The translations under genes and the position numbers were made by a program. This document shows positions 1-9,112 of a DNA stretch of 37,994 nucleotides, piece by piece. How positions within the stretch are numbered: position 1 is the first letter of the stretch; each line of letters opens with the position of its first letter. The notes beneath the pieces are model-generated. The model was not told the origin of the DNA, ran no database searches, and worked only from the letters and a program-made list of their open reading frames with translations. Origin of the DNA: an uncultured Spirochaetaceae bacterium (GTDB lineage Bacteria; Spirochaetota; Spirochaetia; DSM-27196; SLST01); assembly GCA_964437265.1 (NCBI GenBank), contig CAYTGY010000002.1, positions 344 through 38,337 on the forward strand, read 5' to 3'.

Positions 1-1035
1 ATGGCGACGTTGATCTACACCAGCACTGAGGTGATCCAGATTGTGGACGGCGTGGACTTCGCCGCCGAACAGCGGTTCCGCCGGACGATTCGGTTGACCG
101 AAGGCAGCTGGGAAGAGCTGGAACACCCCGGCTCCATCCTGCTCCCGGTCTCAGTAGCGGAGCAGCTTGACGTTGCGCTTGGCGAGCGGCTGCTACTCAG
201 CCTCAACACCGTCACCGGTCAGCGCAACGTGATTGAGCTGACCGTTCGCGGGCTCACCGCGGATGTGGCCGGGCTTGGTATCAGCTCAGGCTACGTTCAG
301 CTTGCAGACCTCAACGCGGCGCTCGGGCTTGGCCCGGGCGAGTACCAGACCGCGAACCTCTACCTTGCCGACTCCGGAGAGATCGAACCGGCGACCGAAC
401 GGTTGGTCGCAGAGCTTGCACAGAGAGCGAGCGTTGCCGGCGGCGAAGACGAAGAGGAGGACCTGCCGGGCGGGCCCATGCGGATGATGCGTCGCCTGGT
501 GGGCGTCGGCGGAGGGGCGGCGGTCGCCGAGCCATGGGAGGGCACTCGATTCGAGGTCAGTAACCTCAACGACACCACCGAGGACCTGGAGACGATCATC
601 GACACGCTCAATCTGGTGGCGTTCGCGATCTTCCTGGTGCTGCTGGTGATCACCGCGGTGGGCATCACCAACTCCTACCGGATGGTGATGCTCGAGCGAA
701 CGCAGGAGATCGGCACCATGCGCTCTCTGGGCGTAAGCCGCGGAGGCGTGCGCTGGATCTTCACGCTGGAGGCGATCTTCGTGGCGATGATTGGGGCGGT
801 TGCCGGAACCGTGCTTGCCGCGGTTATCTCCGGGGCGGTGAGTCTTGTTGAGTGGAGCGCGTCTACCGCGGTCAGCGCGTTCCTGGTCGGCGGCAGGCTC
901 TACGCGGACCTGTCCGTTCCGGCACTCGTCAGAAACGTACTCGTGATCTTTGCGATGACCGCATGGGCGGTCTACTCACCGGCGAAGGCCGCAGCGGACC
1001 TGGAGCCCGCGCAGGCGCTTCGCACGACGTACTAG
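1..1035 (+). CDS. ABC transporter permease, FtsX/LolE/MacB-like (probably 5'-partial)
   Basis: C-terminal FtsX motif 'ITNSYRMVMLERTQEIGTMRSLG...IFTLEA', three C-terminal TM helices and terminal 'PAKAAADLEPAQALR'. The N-terminal TM helix is missing, so the gene probably starts upstream of the window. Confidence 0.9.
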   Translation: MATLIYTSTEVIQIVDGVDFAAEQRFRRTIRLTEGSWEELEHPGSILLPVSVAEQLDVALGERLLLSLNTVTGQRNVIELTVRGLTADVAGLGISSGYVQLADLNAALGLGPGEYQTANLYLADSGEIEPATERLVAELAQRASVAGGEDEEEDLPGGPMRMMRRLVGVGGGAAVAEPWEGTRFEVSNLNDTTEDLETIIDTLNLVAFAIFLVLLVITAVGITNSYRMVMLERTQEIGTMRSLGVSRGGVRWIFTLEAIFVAMIGAVAGTVLAAVISGAVSLVEWSASTAVSAFLVGGRLYADLSVPALVRNVLVIFAMTAWAVYSPAKAAADLEPAQALRTTY

Positions 1036-1045
1036 GAGGAATACG

Positions 1046-1837
1046 ATGAAGAGTACCTTCGGCGCCCCTACGGCGCGCGTGAACAACGGCGCGGCGGCGC
1101 TGATCGCCCTCGCCACGCTGCTGCTTGCTTCCCCGACGGCGCCGGCGCAGCAGATCGACACCACCGGCTTTCTGGAACTGATGGATGAAAACTTGACCCA
1201 GGCGGCTACCGACTTCTCCGCCGTGATGACCTTTGTTGCGGAGGATCCGGATGAGGGGATTGATCGGCGCCGGGTGCGGATGTTCCGCCGGGACAGAGAC
1301 GGAGCCTACGTACTGCTGGTGCTGGAACCGGAAGTGAACCGCGGGCAGGGCTACCTGAAGGTGGACGACTCACTGTGGTTCTACGACCCGGAGAGCCGCA
1401 GCTTCTCCTACACCTCACGCGGTGAAAGTTTCCAGGGGACCGACGCACGCGTCTCCGACTTCGAGAGCTCAACGCTCGCCGAGGACTATGTGATCACCAG
1501 CGCCGCGGAGGGCACGCTCGGCGCCTACTCGGTGTACATCCTGGAGATGGAGGCGACCACCAATGAGGTCACCTATCCGTACCTCAAGATGTGGGTCACC
1601 CGCGACCAGATGCTCGTTCTCAAGAGCGAGGACTACTCGGTAACGCAGCGATTGCTGCGTACCTCGTACTTTCCGCGCTACATGCGGGTCGGGGACGCCT
1701 ACATTGCCACACAGGCGATCTTTGTGGATGAGCTGGTGGATGGCAAGAAGACCACCATCACCTTTACCGACGTCTCAACGGCGACGCTTCCGGACAGCGT
1801 GTTCACTAAGTCATATGTTGAACGCGTGAGCAGGTAG
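1046..1837 (+). CDS. Outer membrane lipoprotein-sorting protein (LolA-like)
   Basis: GGAGG RBS and signal peptide. Motifs 'LEPEVNRGQGYLKVDDSLWFY', 'ESFQGTDARVSDF', 'YPYLKMWV' and 'LPDSVFTKSYVE' are typical of this family, which usually sits next to FtsX-like permeases. Confidence 0.85.
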   Translation: MKSTFGAPTARVNNGAAALIALATLLLASPTAPAQQIDTTGFLELMDENLTQAATDFSAVMTFVAEDPDEGIDRRRVRMFRRDRDGAYVLLVLEPEVNRGQGYLKVDDSLWFYDPESRSFSYTSRGESFQGTDARVSDFESSTLAEDYVITSAAEGTLGAYSVYILEMEATTNEVTYPYLKMWVTRDQMLVLKSEDYSVTQRLLRTSYFPRYMRVGDAYIATQAIFVDELVDGKKTTITFTDVSTATLPDSVFTKSYVERVSR

Positions 1838-1846
1838 GAGGACGAT

Positions 1847-3202
1847 ATGAGAGTACAACAGAGTATGGGCCGACCCTTGATTGGCCGAATGACGGCCGGA
1901 CTGGGCGTTGTGGGGTTTTGCCTCCTGGGCGTAGTTCTAGTTCCTTCACCGGTGTCCGCCGACGACGGGGTCGACGATCCGTTCGGTTCGGAGTCGGATC
2001 TCTTCAGCGGCGACCTCATCGAAGAGACCCCGGAGGATGAGGCATCGGCGGCCGCGGGGGTCGCGGATCTGCTCACGAGCGAGGTGGCGAAGGTGGGCGG
2101 CAGCTTCGCGCTTTCGGTGAACTTGTCGGCGGACCCGGAGCAGATCGAGTCGCTCGATGACCTTGGGTCCACCTACACCCTCGCGCCGACGGTCTATTTG
2201 GACTCGCGGCCGGACGCGGACTTCCGCGTCTACATCAAGACAAACCTTGCCTACACCACCGCGGGCCCGACGCCGGAGGCAACGCTCAATGTGGAGGAGC
2301 TCTTTGGAGATGTAGCGCTTTCCCACCGGCTCTACCTCCGCGCGGGAAAGCAGAACATGGGGTGGGGCGTAGGGTACTTCTTTAGCCCCGCGGACCTGGT
2401 GAGCCTTGAGGCTGTTGATCCGGATGACCCTGAGGCGGACCGGGAAGGCCCCGTGGCGGTGCGGCTGCATCTGCCGCACAAGACCACCAACGCCTACGCC
2501 TACGCCATGCTGGACGACCTACCGGACGGCGGGAGCGCCGGCTGGGCCGGGAAGATAGAGTTTGTCCTGGGCTCCGCGGAGTACACCGCAGGCGGCTACT
2601 ATGAAGACGGTTCGGTCTCAGCCGCCATGGCGACGGTGTCCGCCGGCATCTGGGACCTCGACGTCTTCGCGGAGCTGGTGGCTCAGTACGGGGCCACCGT
2701 TACCATGGTGAGCGAGGACGGGCCGGCCCTGGTGACCGACCGGCGCAGCGACACGTGGTTCGCACTCTTCACCGCCGGCGCGCGGTACAATTGGTCTGAT
2801 GACTATGACAACTTCAACCTGACCGGCGTTGGGCAGTACTACTACAATGGTGAGGGGTATGCGGACCCGACTGTTCTGCAGGACCCGCGCATTCCCGCGC
2901 TGATTGCCGCCGGGGAGCTTGGGCGGAAAGACCTGTTTGGCACCGGCCGCCACTACGCGGCGGTGAGTCTGCGCTGGGCAGACGCCTTGGGAACTGAGCT
3001 TTCCCCGTCGGTGTTCTGGATTGGCAACCTGAGCGACGGCTCAGGCCACCTCTCCGCTGAAGCGCGCTACCGGCTGGGAGACTACGTGTCACTCACCCCC
3101 GGCTACACCTACACCTACGGAGAGGCTGGTGAAGAGTACGCGCCGGGTGGAGCGGGCCATCGCGTGAGCCTGAACATGGCGCTTGGAAGCGGAGCGTTCT
3201 AG
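1847..3202 (+). CDS. Putative outer-membrane beta-barrel protein
   Basis: GGAGG RBS, signal peptide, acidic N-terminal linker, 'LRAGKQNMGWGVGYFFSPAD' motif, alternating amphipathic strands and C-terminal Phe. Confidence 0.65.
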   Translation: MRVQQSMGRPLIGRMTAGLGVVGFCLLGVVLVPSPVSADDGVDDPFGSESDLFSGDLIEETPEDEASAAAGVADLLTSEVAKVGGSFALSVNLSADPEQIESLDDLGSTYTLAPTVYLDSRPDADFRVYIKTNLAYTTAGPTPEATLNVEELFGDVALSHRLYLRAGKQNMGWGVGYFFSPADLVSLEAVDPDDPEADREGPVAVRLHLPHKTTNAYAYAMLDDLPDGGSAGWAGKIEFVLGSAEYTAGGYYEDGSVSAAMATVSAGIWDLDVFAELVAQYGATVTMVSEDGPALVTDRRSDTWFALFTAGARYNWSDDYDNFNLTGVGQYYYNGEGYADPTVLQDPRIPALIAAGELGRKDLFGTGRHYAAVSLRWADALGTELSPSVFWIGNLSDGSGHLSAEARYRLGDYVSLTPGYTYTYGEAGEEYAPGGAGHRVSLNMALGSGAF

Positions 3203-3314
3203 GAGCGCGGTCGTTTCTTGCCCGGCACGTGTTCCTTGATGCTGAGCTCGTCCCAGACTAGCAATTCTACCTAGCCGTACTAGTAGTTCCGCCGGTTCCG
3301 GCACGCCGTCAGAC

Positions 3315-3996
3315 GTGCGGGTTCGGCAACGAACGTTGTTGATCGTGATCGCCACTTCACTTGTGGTTGCCGTGTTGCTTCCCGGGTGTTCATTGCTCGG
3401 CATCGGCGGGCCAGAATACGGAGCGGAGGTTCTGTATGTCAGTCCCACCGGAGATGACAACGCCACAGGGGACGCTCCGGATGAGCCGCTGCGGAGCCTT
3501 GCCGTGGCGGTTGATGCGGTTGCCGACGGCGGGACAATCAAGATGGCCGAAGGGTTCTACAGCGTTTCCGAGATCGCATTCATCTGGAAAGACGTAACCA
3601 TTGAGGGCGGACTGACCGCTGACTTTTCAGCTCCGGCCTATGATGCCGCAGACGTGCTGGGCAGCTCGGAGAGACTCTCAGTCCTGTCTATGCGGGATGC
3701 GTACGGTCGCATTGTTCATGTGTACGCGCCTAACGCAGACCAACCGCTCAGGCGGGTTTCGATCAGCGGTTTGAGTTTCAACGCGGCGTTTTTCAACAGC
3801 AACGGTGCGGCAATGGGTACCGATGGCCGCACAGACCTCCAGTTGGAACACTGCGTCTTCAGCAACAACACCTCCAACGGGAAGGCCGGGGCACTGCACC
3901 TTTGTGAGCAATCATGCTCGTCTTGACAGCGCGGCGAACGCCTCGGTGGTCAGCCTCAACTCGGAAGCCGATCACTCGGTATCGTTTCAGGACTGA
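3315..3996 (+). pseudogene. Lipoprotein with right-handed beta-helix (DUF1565/pectin-lyase-like), frameshifted and truncated
   Basis: Lipobox LLPG-C; 'LYVSPTGDDNATGDAPDEPLRSLAVAV...TIKMAEGFY'; repeat 'HCVFSNN'. The ORF stops at 3926, but another beta-helix repeat ('CTFVSN') continues in a different frame from about 3895 to 3996. Confidence 0.6.
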
Positions 3997-4385
3997 ACCT
4001 TCACCGCCTTACTGAACTCCCACAGGCCGTGGATGTTGCACAGCGCGGTTGCGAAAAGTGTCCCGGGCTTGCTGGTCTTCATGGTCGCGGTCACGCTGTG
4101 ATTGGTGTACACCGGGCCCTCATTGGCGCCGGCAACCGCCTCTCCGTGTGCGGAGAACTCAAAGTGACCAATCTGGTAGGTGAACGTTTCGTCGTCAGGC
4201 TTGAAGTAGAGGCTGATCCAGCGGATGTGGTGTTCGGTGGTGTTTGGGTGCGCCACCTCTTTGCCCAGCGTCGCCTTCACGTCGAACATCTCTCCTGACT
4301 TCACCGCGTCCGGACAGTCGATGACCGGCACGTGCTTCTCGCTCTTCCAATCTGCGCTCTGCAGCTGTTCGCCAAAGCTAGCCAT
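3987..4385 (-). CDS. sor: Superoxide reductase, 1Fe neelaredoxin / class II SORL
   Basis: Fe-ligand motifs EKHVP, HPNTTEHHIRW and CNIHGLWE. True start is the ATG at 4385 behind an AAGGAG RBS (132 aa). The N-terminal extension in the ORF track is spurious. Confidence 0.92.
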   Translation of the reverse strand: MASFGEQLQSADWKSEKHVPVIDCPDAVKSGEMFDVKATLGKEVAHPNTTEHHIRWISLYFKPDDETFTYQIGHFEFSAHGEAVAGANEGPVYTNHSVTATMKTSKPGTLFATALCNIHGLWEFSKAVKVQS

Positions 4386-4481
4386 ACTCGTCTCCTTGAT
4401 TAGATGTGTGATCAGCGTACTGCCGCCTGCACGGGGAACCCATACCCCGTTCGGGCTATCCGCCACCGGAAGCTTGCACCC

Positions 4482-4779
4482 GCGGAGGGCGGGGCGCTTT
4501 CCGCACTCCGGCGTATCCGCTACGGCGCCCAAGACCAGGACTACTTCTGGATTAACGACCAGTGACCCTATCTCCTCATGCATCCGTACCGTCCGGATCT
4601 GGAAGGGACGGATGTTGGCGAGTATCGCGATCCGGAGGGGACTCGCGTGTTCGTGGAGATGGTGGAGCCGGCTCACCGGGTCCGTGACCGTAGCCGCCGC
4701 AGTAGCGTTGCTCGCGATGGTGCTCACCGCCGGCTTCCAGATACTGACCAGGTACCGCTTGGCGTGGCTTACCGAGCAG
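4482..4779 (+). pseudogene. Relic of a Cache-domain sensor (MCP / histidine kinase type)
   Basis: Frame 3 reads ALRRIRYGAQDQDYFWINDQ*PYLLMHPYRPDLEGTDVGEYRDPEGTRVFVEMVE, matching the sCache_2 consensus RY-x-YFWIND-x-MHP-x-DP-x-F-x-EM, with an in-frame TGA at 4563-4565. A TM helix (VTVAAAVALLAMVLTAGF) follows in another frame. Confidence 0.75.
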
Positions 4780-4804
4780 GCGGATGCCGGGCGTGCGGTG
4801 GCCG

Positions 4805-4992
4805 GGCGGCGCACATGGTCCGCAACCGCATCCAGGCTCCGATCCACCTGGCCAAGCGTGTAGCCTGAGACATCCACGCACGCGTCGAAGCCGTCCCCTC
4901 GGCCTCCGGCAAGAGCCCTGGGTTGGTCCGGTCGCGGGTGAAGAGGGTGAGATCATGGTCTGCCTCCAGCAGCTTGCGCGCTACGGCTCTGC
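4805..4992 (-). pseudogene. Relic of an NAD-dependent epimerase/dehydratase (N-terminal Rossmann part)
   Basis: RAVARKLLEADHDLTLFTRDRTNPGLLPE, then a frameshift near 4895 into DGFDACVDVSGY...VDRSLDAVADHVRR. The GxxGxxG start and the C-terminal two-thirds are missing. Confidence 0.7.
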
Positions 4993-5039
4993 GGTAACAA
5001 ACACCGAGTCCCGGCATCTGAGCCCCACTGAGGCGGCCC

Positions 5040-5279
5040 GGCGCGTTGTTCGAGACGCCGGCCGCCCAGGAGCTGGCGGCGCTTCTCCCGGTCTTTTGTC
5101 ACGGCGCCCGTCTCTACCATCTGCGAACCCACGACGGGCTGGAGATCGACGCCCGGCCGATTGAGCGATGGTTCGATCTGAGCACACCGGACGACAACGC
5201 GCAGGTTGGGATAATCATCTACACCGGATCCACCGTAAAGCGCATCAGCCGCCGCGTGTGGGCGGTTCCGCTTGTCTGA
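5040..5279 (+). pseudogene. Relic of the C-terminal DUF4143 domain of an AAA+ ATPase
   Basis: GALFET-x-EL ... LYHLRTHDGLEID ... GIIIYTG...VWAVP. The ATPase domain is absent, and the segment after EID (normally the E-x-K motif) appears deleted. Confidence 0.7.
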
Positions 5280-5297
5280 GCCGTTGACCCGCCCGCG

Positions 5298-6968
5298 TTA
5301 TTCGCTGCCCCACGCGTCAAGCGCCTGACCAAGGACAGGCAGCCAATTGGATGCCCCGCGCGATCCCACCGGAGCCGCGCTGTACCAGTCCCAGCCAAAG
5401 TACACCAGCCTCCCCGTGCCGTACGGGATGACACAGAGGTTGGTGCTCGAGCCGTAGAGGTAGATCGCAGCTGAGCCGTCCGGGAGTGAGGAGGTGCTCA
5501 GGTACATGGTGGCGTTCAGAGACGGCAGCGTAGCCACCGATCCATCGAACGGCGTGCCTGCGGCGTTTGAGGCGTTGTAGCTTGCAGAGCCCTCTGAGCC
5601 CGTCATCAGCGAGAAATCGAACACCGTGTTCACCAGATTACGGGTCTTCTCAAAAACCAGGAGGGTTCCACCGTCGGACACAAAGCCCCGGTACACCTCT
5701 GCCGCCGCGGCATCCAGCGTTGGGGTGGCAGTCTCCATCTCCGGGAGCATCACCACCGCGCGGTCGGAGATCCCTGACTCGATCTCAGATGCAGAGATAC
5801 CGGTGAAGGTGTTGTAGGTGTACCCGTTGGCGCTGAGATACGCCTCCAGGTTTGATGCCTCCGCTGATGAGTCTCCGGAGCCGTAGTGCACATACGACCC
5901 GTCGGTGAACAGTGCGATCCCGCTCATCCGAAGAGTGGCAAACCAGATGACATCGGTCCAGGCGCCGCGCTGACCGTCTCCGTCAACCGCACGCACCCGC
6001 CAGTATCGTGTTGCGCCCTTCGGCAGCGGCTCGGTGAATGTATAGGAACGAGAGCTCGTTGTCTGTACGGTCGCGCTGCTGACGCCGGTGCTGGTTGAGG
6101 CAATCTGGATCTCATAGGAGACCGCCCCGCTTACCGTGTCCCAGGAGAGCGTCGGTGTGTCGCTGCTGACCTCTCCCGCGTCCGCCGGGCTTTGTCCGGT
6201 AATCGCTCCCCAGTTCACCAGGAACTCGCGTGTGGTGGACCATGCCGTGCTCACACCGCCTTCCCGAAGCGCACGAACCTGCCAGTAGTACCGCGCAAGA
6301 TTGGTCAGCGGTTCGCCCAATGTCACCGAAGCGACGCCCGAGGAGAGCTCGTCAACGCCTGCAAGCGAGTCGGCGTTGGTCGCGTACCGGATCTGGTACT
6401 CCTCAGCGCCGTCCACCTCATTCCAGGTAAGCGTAGGCTGCGTTGTGTCAGTCTCTCCGGTGTCTAGAGGAGTGGTTTGGGTCACCGGGGATGAGAAGCT
6501 GAAGACCGCGGGAGCGGACCATTCGCCCCACTCGGTGTCAGTCGTGGTCTTGGCGCGTACTCGCCACGCGTATGAGGTCACGGTGACGTCAATACCGGTG
6601 GGCCGGCTTCGGTTCGTATCCGCTTCGCCATCCCACAAAAGCGTAGAGAAATCGGCTTCTGCGCCAATTTGGAACTGATAGCCGCCGGCGTCGATCAATT
6701 CGCTGGAAACGAGCTGCGGGACCCAGACCACTGTCTGGTCCGCGGGCACCGCAGCGCTCACCTCATCCGCATTCGCCACGGTGGGATAGCCTTGATATGC
6801 AGTGCCGCCTGGGTCCACAACATTGTCTCGCTCGAACGGCATAACCGGGTCTACGCACCCGCTCACCGCAAGAGCGAGGAGGGCGAGAGTTGCACCGAGT
6901 ACCAGTGTGAGGGGCCGGCTCCGCGGCTGCGTTTTGACTTCCATGGCGAATACGAGTGAGCCTACCAT
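5298..6968 (-). CDS. Lipoprotein with three FN3-like repeats and a C-terminal alpha/beta (GATase-like/ThuA-like) domain
   Basis: Lipobox AVSG-C. Three repeats of about 90 aa with pattern P-x-L-x-W...Y-x-I...Y-x-W-[RQ]VRA...W[ST]. C-terminal 'FVSDGGTLL...YGTGRLVYFGWDW'. An alternative ATG start is at 6944. Confidence 0.75.
   Translation of the reverse strand: MVGSLVFAMEVKTQPRSRPLTLVLGATLALLALAVSGCVDPVMPFERDNVVDPGGTAYQGYPTVANADEVSAAVPADQTVVWVPQLVSSELIDAGGYQFQIGAEADFSTLLWDGEADTNRSRPTGIDVTVTSYAWRVRAKTTTDTEWGEWSAPAVFSFSSPVTQTTPLDTGETDTTQPTLTWNEVDGAEEYQIRYATNADSLAGVDELSSGVASVTLGEPLTNLARYYWQVRALREGGVSTAWSTTREFLVNWGAITGQSPADAGEVSSDTPTLSWDTVSGAVSYEIQIASTSTGVSSATVQTTSSRSYTFTEPLPKGATRYWRVRAVDGDGQRGAWTDVIWFATLRMSGIALFTDGSYVHYGSGDSSAEASNLEAYLSANGYTYNTFTGISASEIESGISDRAVVMLPEMETATPTLDAAAAEVYRGFVSDGGTLLVFEKTRNLVNTVFDFSLMTGSEGSASYNASNAAGTPFDGSVATLPSLNATMYLSTSSLPDGSAAIYLYGSSTNLCVIPYGTGRLVYFGWDWYSAAPVGSRGASNWLPVLGQALDAWGSE
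5935..6735 (-). repeat. Three tandem FN3-like protein repeats
   Basis: YAWRVRA / YYWQVRA / RYWRVRA and GEWS / TAWS / GAWT recur at about 93-aa spacing. The repeats are diverged at DNA level. Confidence 0.75.
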
Positions 6969-7046
6969 GCGGCTGCGACAGGACGCAACGCCTTTCCACC
7001 GGACGAACGTCTTGACAGAGGACGTACATCCGGGGTACGGGAGGGT

Positions 7047-7478
7047 ATGCGATTACTAGGGAGACGGCGTCGGTCTGCGCGGCTGGTCTCCGGGTCTCTG
7101 CTGATGGGCATCGCGCTGGTGCTCTCCGGTTGTTTTACCACTGGGCCGTCAGAGGAGCACAAGGACCCGGCAACGGTGCTCAGGGTTTCGCGTGTTGAGT
7201 GGGAGACCGGCGTCATTGTCACTGAAGTCGTTGCGACGGTACGCGGTCTGACGCCCCAGACCGGAGAGCGGTTTGAGCTCTCCAAGGTTGGTGCACCGCT
7301 TGGCGTCGGGACGGTCCTGTCGGTCAGCGACGATCTCACGATTGCACGAATTCGGCTGGAGGAGGAGAGCACCGTCGCCAACCTTGGGTCGCTCATCGCC
7401 GTATCAGATCTACTGGAGGCGACTCGCTACGATGGAGAGGTGTTGCAGACGGGAGCATCAGGGAACATCGACGGATAG
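7047..7478 (+). CDS. Small lipoprotein with FlgT C-terminal-like beta domain
   Basis: GGAGG RBS and lipobox VLSG-C. 'GERFELSKVGAPLGVGTVLSVSDDLTIARI...LGSLI' resembles the FlgT_C pattern (judged by eye). Confidence 0.55.
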   Translation: MRLLGRRRRSARLVSGSLLMGIALVLSGCFTTGPSEEHKDPATVLRVSRVEWETGVIVTEVVATVRGLTPQTGERFELSKVGAPLGVGTVLSVSDDLTIARIRLEEESTVANLGSLIAVSDLLEATRYDGEVLQTGASGNIDG

Positions 7479-7488
7479 TTGGAGCGCA

Positions 7489-8547
7489 ATGGCTCGCAAT
7501 CGTGCTGGATTCTACTGTGTGATACTACCTCTGCTGATGCTCGCTCCGTTGAGTGACCCACAGGCGCAGTGCGATCTCTCCGTCACGCAATTGACCTCAG
7601 ACGGGGCCCGCGACTGGAAAGCGTTTGGACATCCGCGTCAGGACTACCTGGTCTATGAATCGCTCAGCCCCTATCAGACACGACTGTGGTTGCGGTCGCT
7701 CGAACGGCCTGATCAGATCGTCAACCTGGAGCTTTCCACGGATCGCGCGGAGGGGAATAATCCCTACGGTCTACGCGGCGAATGGAGCACAGGATCCCGA
7801 ACATTTCTGGTGCCTCTCTCTACCCGCGGCAATTACGACATTCAGTCGGTGTCGCTGACAAACCTGCTCGAAAGCACCGTTCTGACCAACCCGCGAACAC
7901 GCGTATCAGCAGTCTCCTCAGGTGAAGGATGGGAGGGAGATCTATCCATATCTCCGGATGACGCCTGGGTGGCCTATGTCGCAGGCTCCCCGCAAGGCGG
8001 CGCGCTGCTTGTCTCCCGAACCAATGGCCGCCGGCCACGGGTGCTGTACCAGGGCGACGGGATTGCCTTTGCGCCTGACTGGAGCTCCTCCACGCGGCGG
8101 TTGGTCTACAGCGTCAAGGAGCTTGACCGCGAGTACGTCACCGTGGTTCGGGATCCTGCCGGCGAAGCTCCGCGTGAGTTCTTCTCATCCGGTCTCTCAT
8201 ATGCGGTCTTCCGCACTGAAGACGAGCTTGTTGCCTACCGGGACAGCGATTTGGTGCTGGTCTCCGTTCCCGACGGCAGAGTGAGTGTCATCGCAGAAGA
8301 TGTGTACCTGGAGGAACGGCCCGCGGTCTCGTCCGATGGTCGGTTCCTGGCCTATACCACCAGCAGTCATGCCGGCCGCACCGTACACCTGTGGGACTTT
8401 CACGCACGCCGGTTGTGTACGGTGCCCCTCGGGGTTCCCCTGGCGGAGCGCCCCACCTGGATACCGGGCCGGTGGATCCTTATAGTTGAGGGATACAGCG
8501 GGATACAGTGGGATCTCTATGAGGTACGGATCGATGCGGGCAGGTAG
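7489..8547 (+). CDS. TolB-like beta-propeller (PD40 repeats), secreted
   Basis: Start reassigned to ATG 7489 (GGAG RBS, signal peptide). Repeats 'ISPDDAWVAY', 'PDWSSSTRRLVY', 'PAVSSDGRFLAY' and 'PTWIPG'. Confidence 0.8.
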   Translation: MARNRAGFYCVILPLLMLAPLSDPQAQCDLSVTQLTSDGARDWKAFGHPRQDYLVYESLSPYQTRLWLRSLERPDQIVNLELSTDRAEGNNPYGLRGEWSTGSRTFLVPLSTRGNYDIQSVSLTNLLESTVLTNPRTRVSAVSSGEGWEGDLSISPDDAWVAYVAGSPQGGALLVSRTNGRRPRVLYQGDGIAFAPDWSSSTRRLVYSVKELDREYVTVVRDPAGEAPREFFSSGLSYAVFRTEDELVAYRDSDLVLVSVPDGRVSVIAEDVYLEERPAVSSDGRFLAYTTSSHAGRTVHLWDFHARRLCTVPLGVPLAERPTWIPGRWILIVEGYSGIQWDLYEVRIDAGR

Positions 8548-9112
8548 GGCATCGCTTCGCGCCGTTGTTACCGTGCTCCCCCTCCTCTGCGTTGTCGCCT
8601 GTGGCTCGTCAGACGGGGAGCCGGTTCGCGGCACGGGGACGTATCAGGATGCGCTACGCGCGTACCAGATGGGAAGCTTTGCTGAGGCGCACGCGATCGC
8701 CTCCTCGCTGGACGCTCCGCCTGACGGTCGGCTGCTCGAGACGCTCTCCGCAATGGCTGCCGGCTCAGGCGGTTCCGTCGGCGCGCTGGTGGCATCGATG
8801 GAAGGGCCCGTTGAGGTGGGGGAGCTGGATCTGGCCGTGCCCGTTCGTGGCTACGACGAGGCGTTTTGGCAGGACCAGACCATGGGTGCATACCTTACCG
8901 TTCTAGAACGGTGCCTTTCCGGAGACCCCGCCGCGGTGCCAACGCGTACTGCCATGGAAGTGCGCGACTCTCTGGCCACGGTGCTCACCCATCCGTTCGT
9001 GGAGCGTCTCTCCGCCGCGACGGTGGACCGTGCACGCACGCTGTCTGATAGAGCGACCACGGTGCTGATGGAACGTACGCCGCTTGGCAACTACTCGAGT
9101 GAGGTGGAGTAA
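8534..9112 (+). CDS. Hypothetical helical lipoprotein (TPR-like start)
   Basis: ATG 8534 with GAGGT RBS, lipobox VVA-C and 'YQDALRAYQMGSFAEA'. The stop overlaps the next start (TAATG). Confidence 0.6.
   Translation: MRAGRASLRAVVTVLPLLCVVACGSSDGEPVRGTGTYQDALRAYQMGSFAEAHAIASSLDAPPDGRLLETLSAMAAGSGGSVGALVASMEGPVEVGELDLAVPVRGYDEAFWQDQTMGAYLTVLERCLSGDPAAVPTRTAMEVRDSLATVLTHPFVERLSAATVDRARTLSDRATTVLMERTPLGNYSSEVE

Noticed and set aside
4431-4450. Hairpin ACGGGG-N8-CCCCGT upstream of sor
   Set aside because: A 6-bp stem without a U-tract is expected by chance in high-GC DNA.
4563-4565. TGA as selenocysteine or genetic-code reassignment
   Set aside because: It is not a Cys-equivalent site, the fragment is otherwise broken, and TGA is used as a normal stop in many genes here.
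4386-4877. 296-aa ORF-track version of superoxide reductase with a long N-terminal extension
   Set aside because: The extension runs through pseudogene debris. The real start has an RBS at 4385.
7012-7041. TTGACA as the sigma70 -35 box for the big operon
   Set aside because: There is no convincing -10 at 16-18 bp, and the implied start site would leave no room for the RBS.
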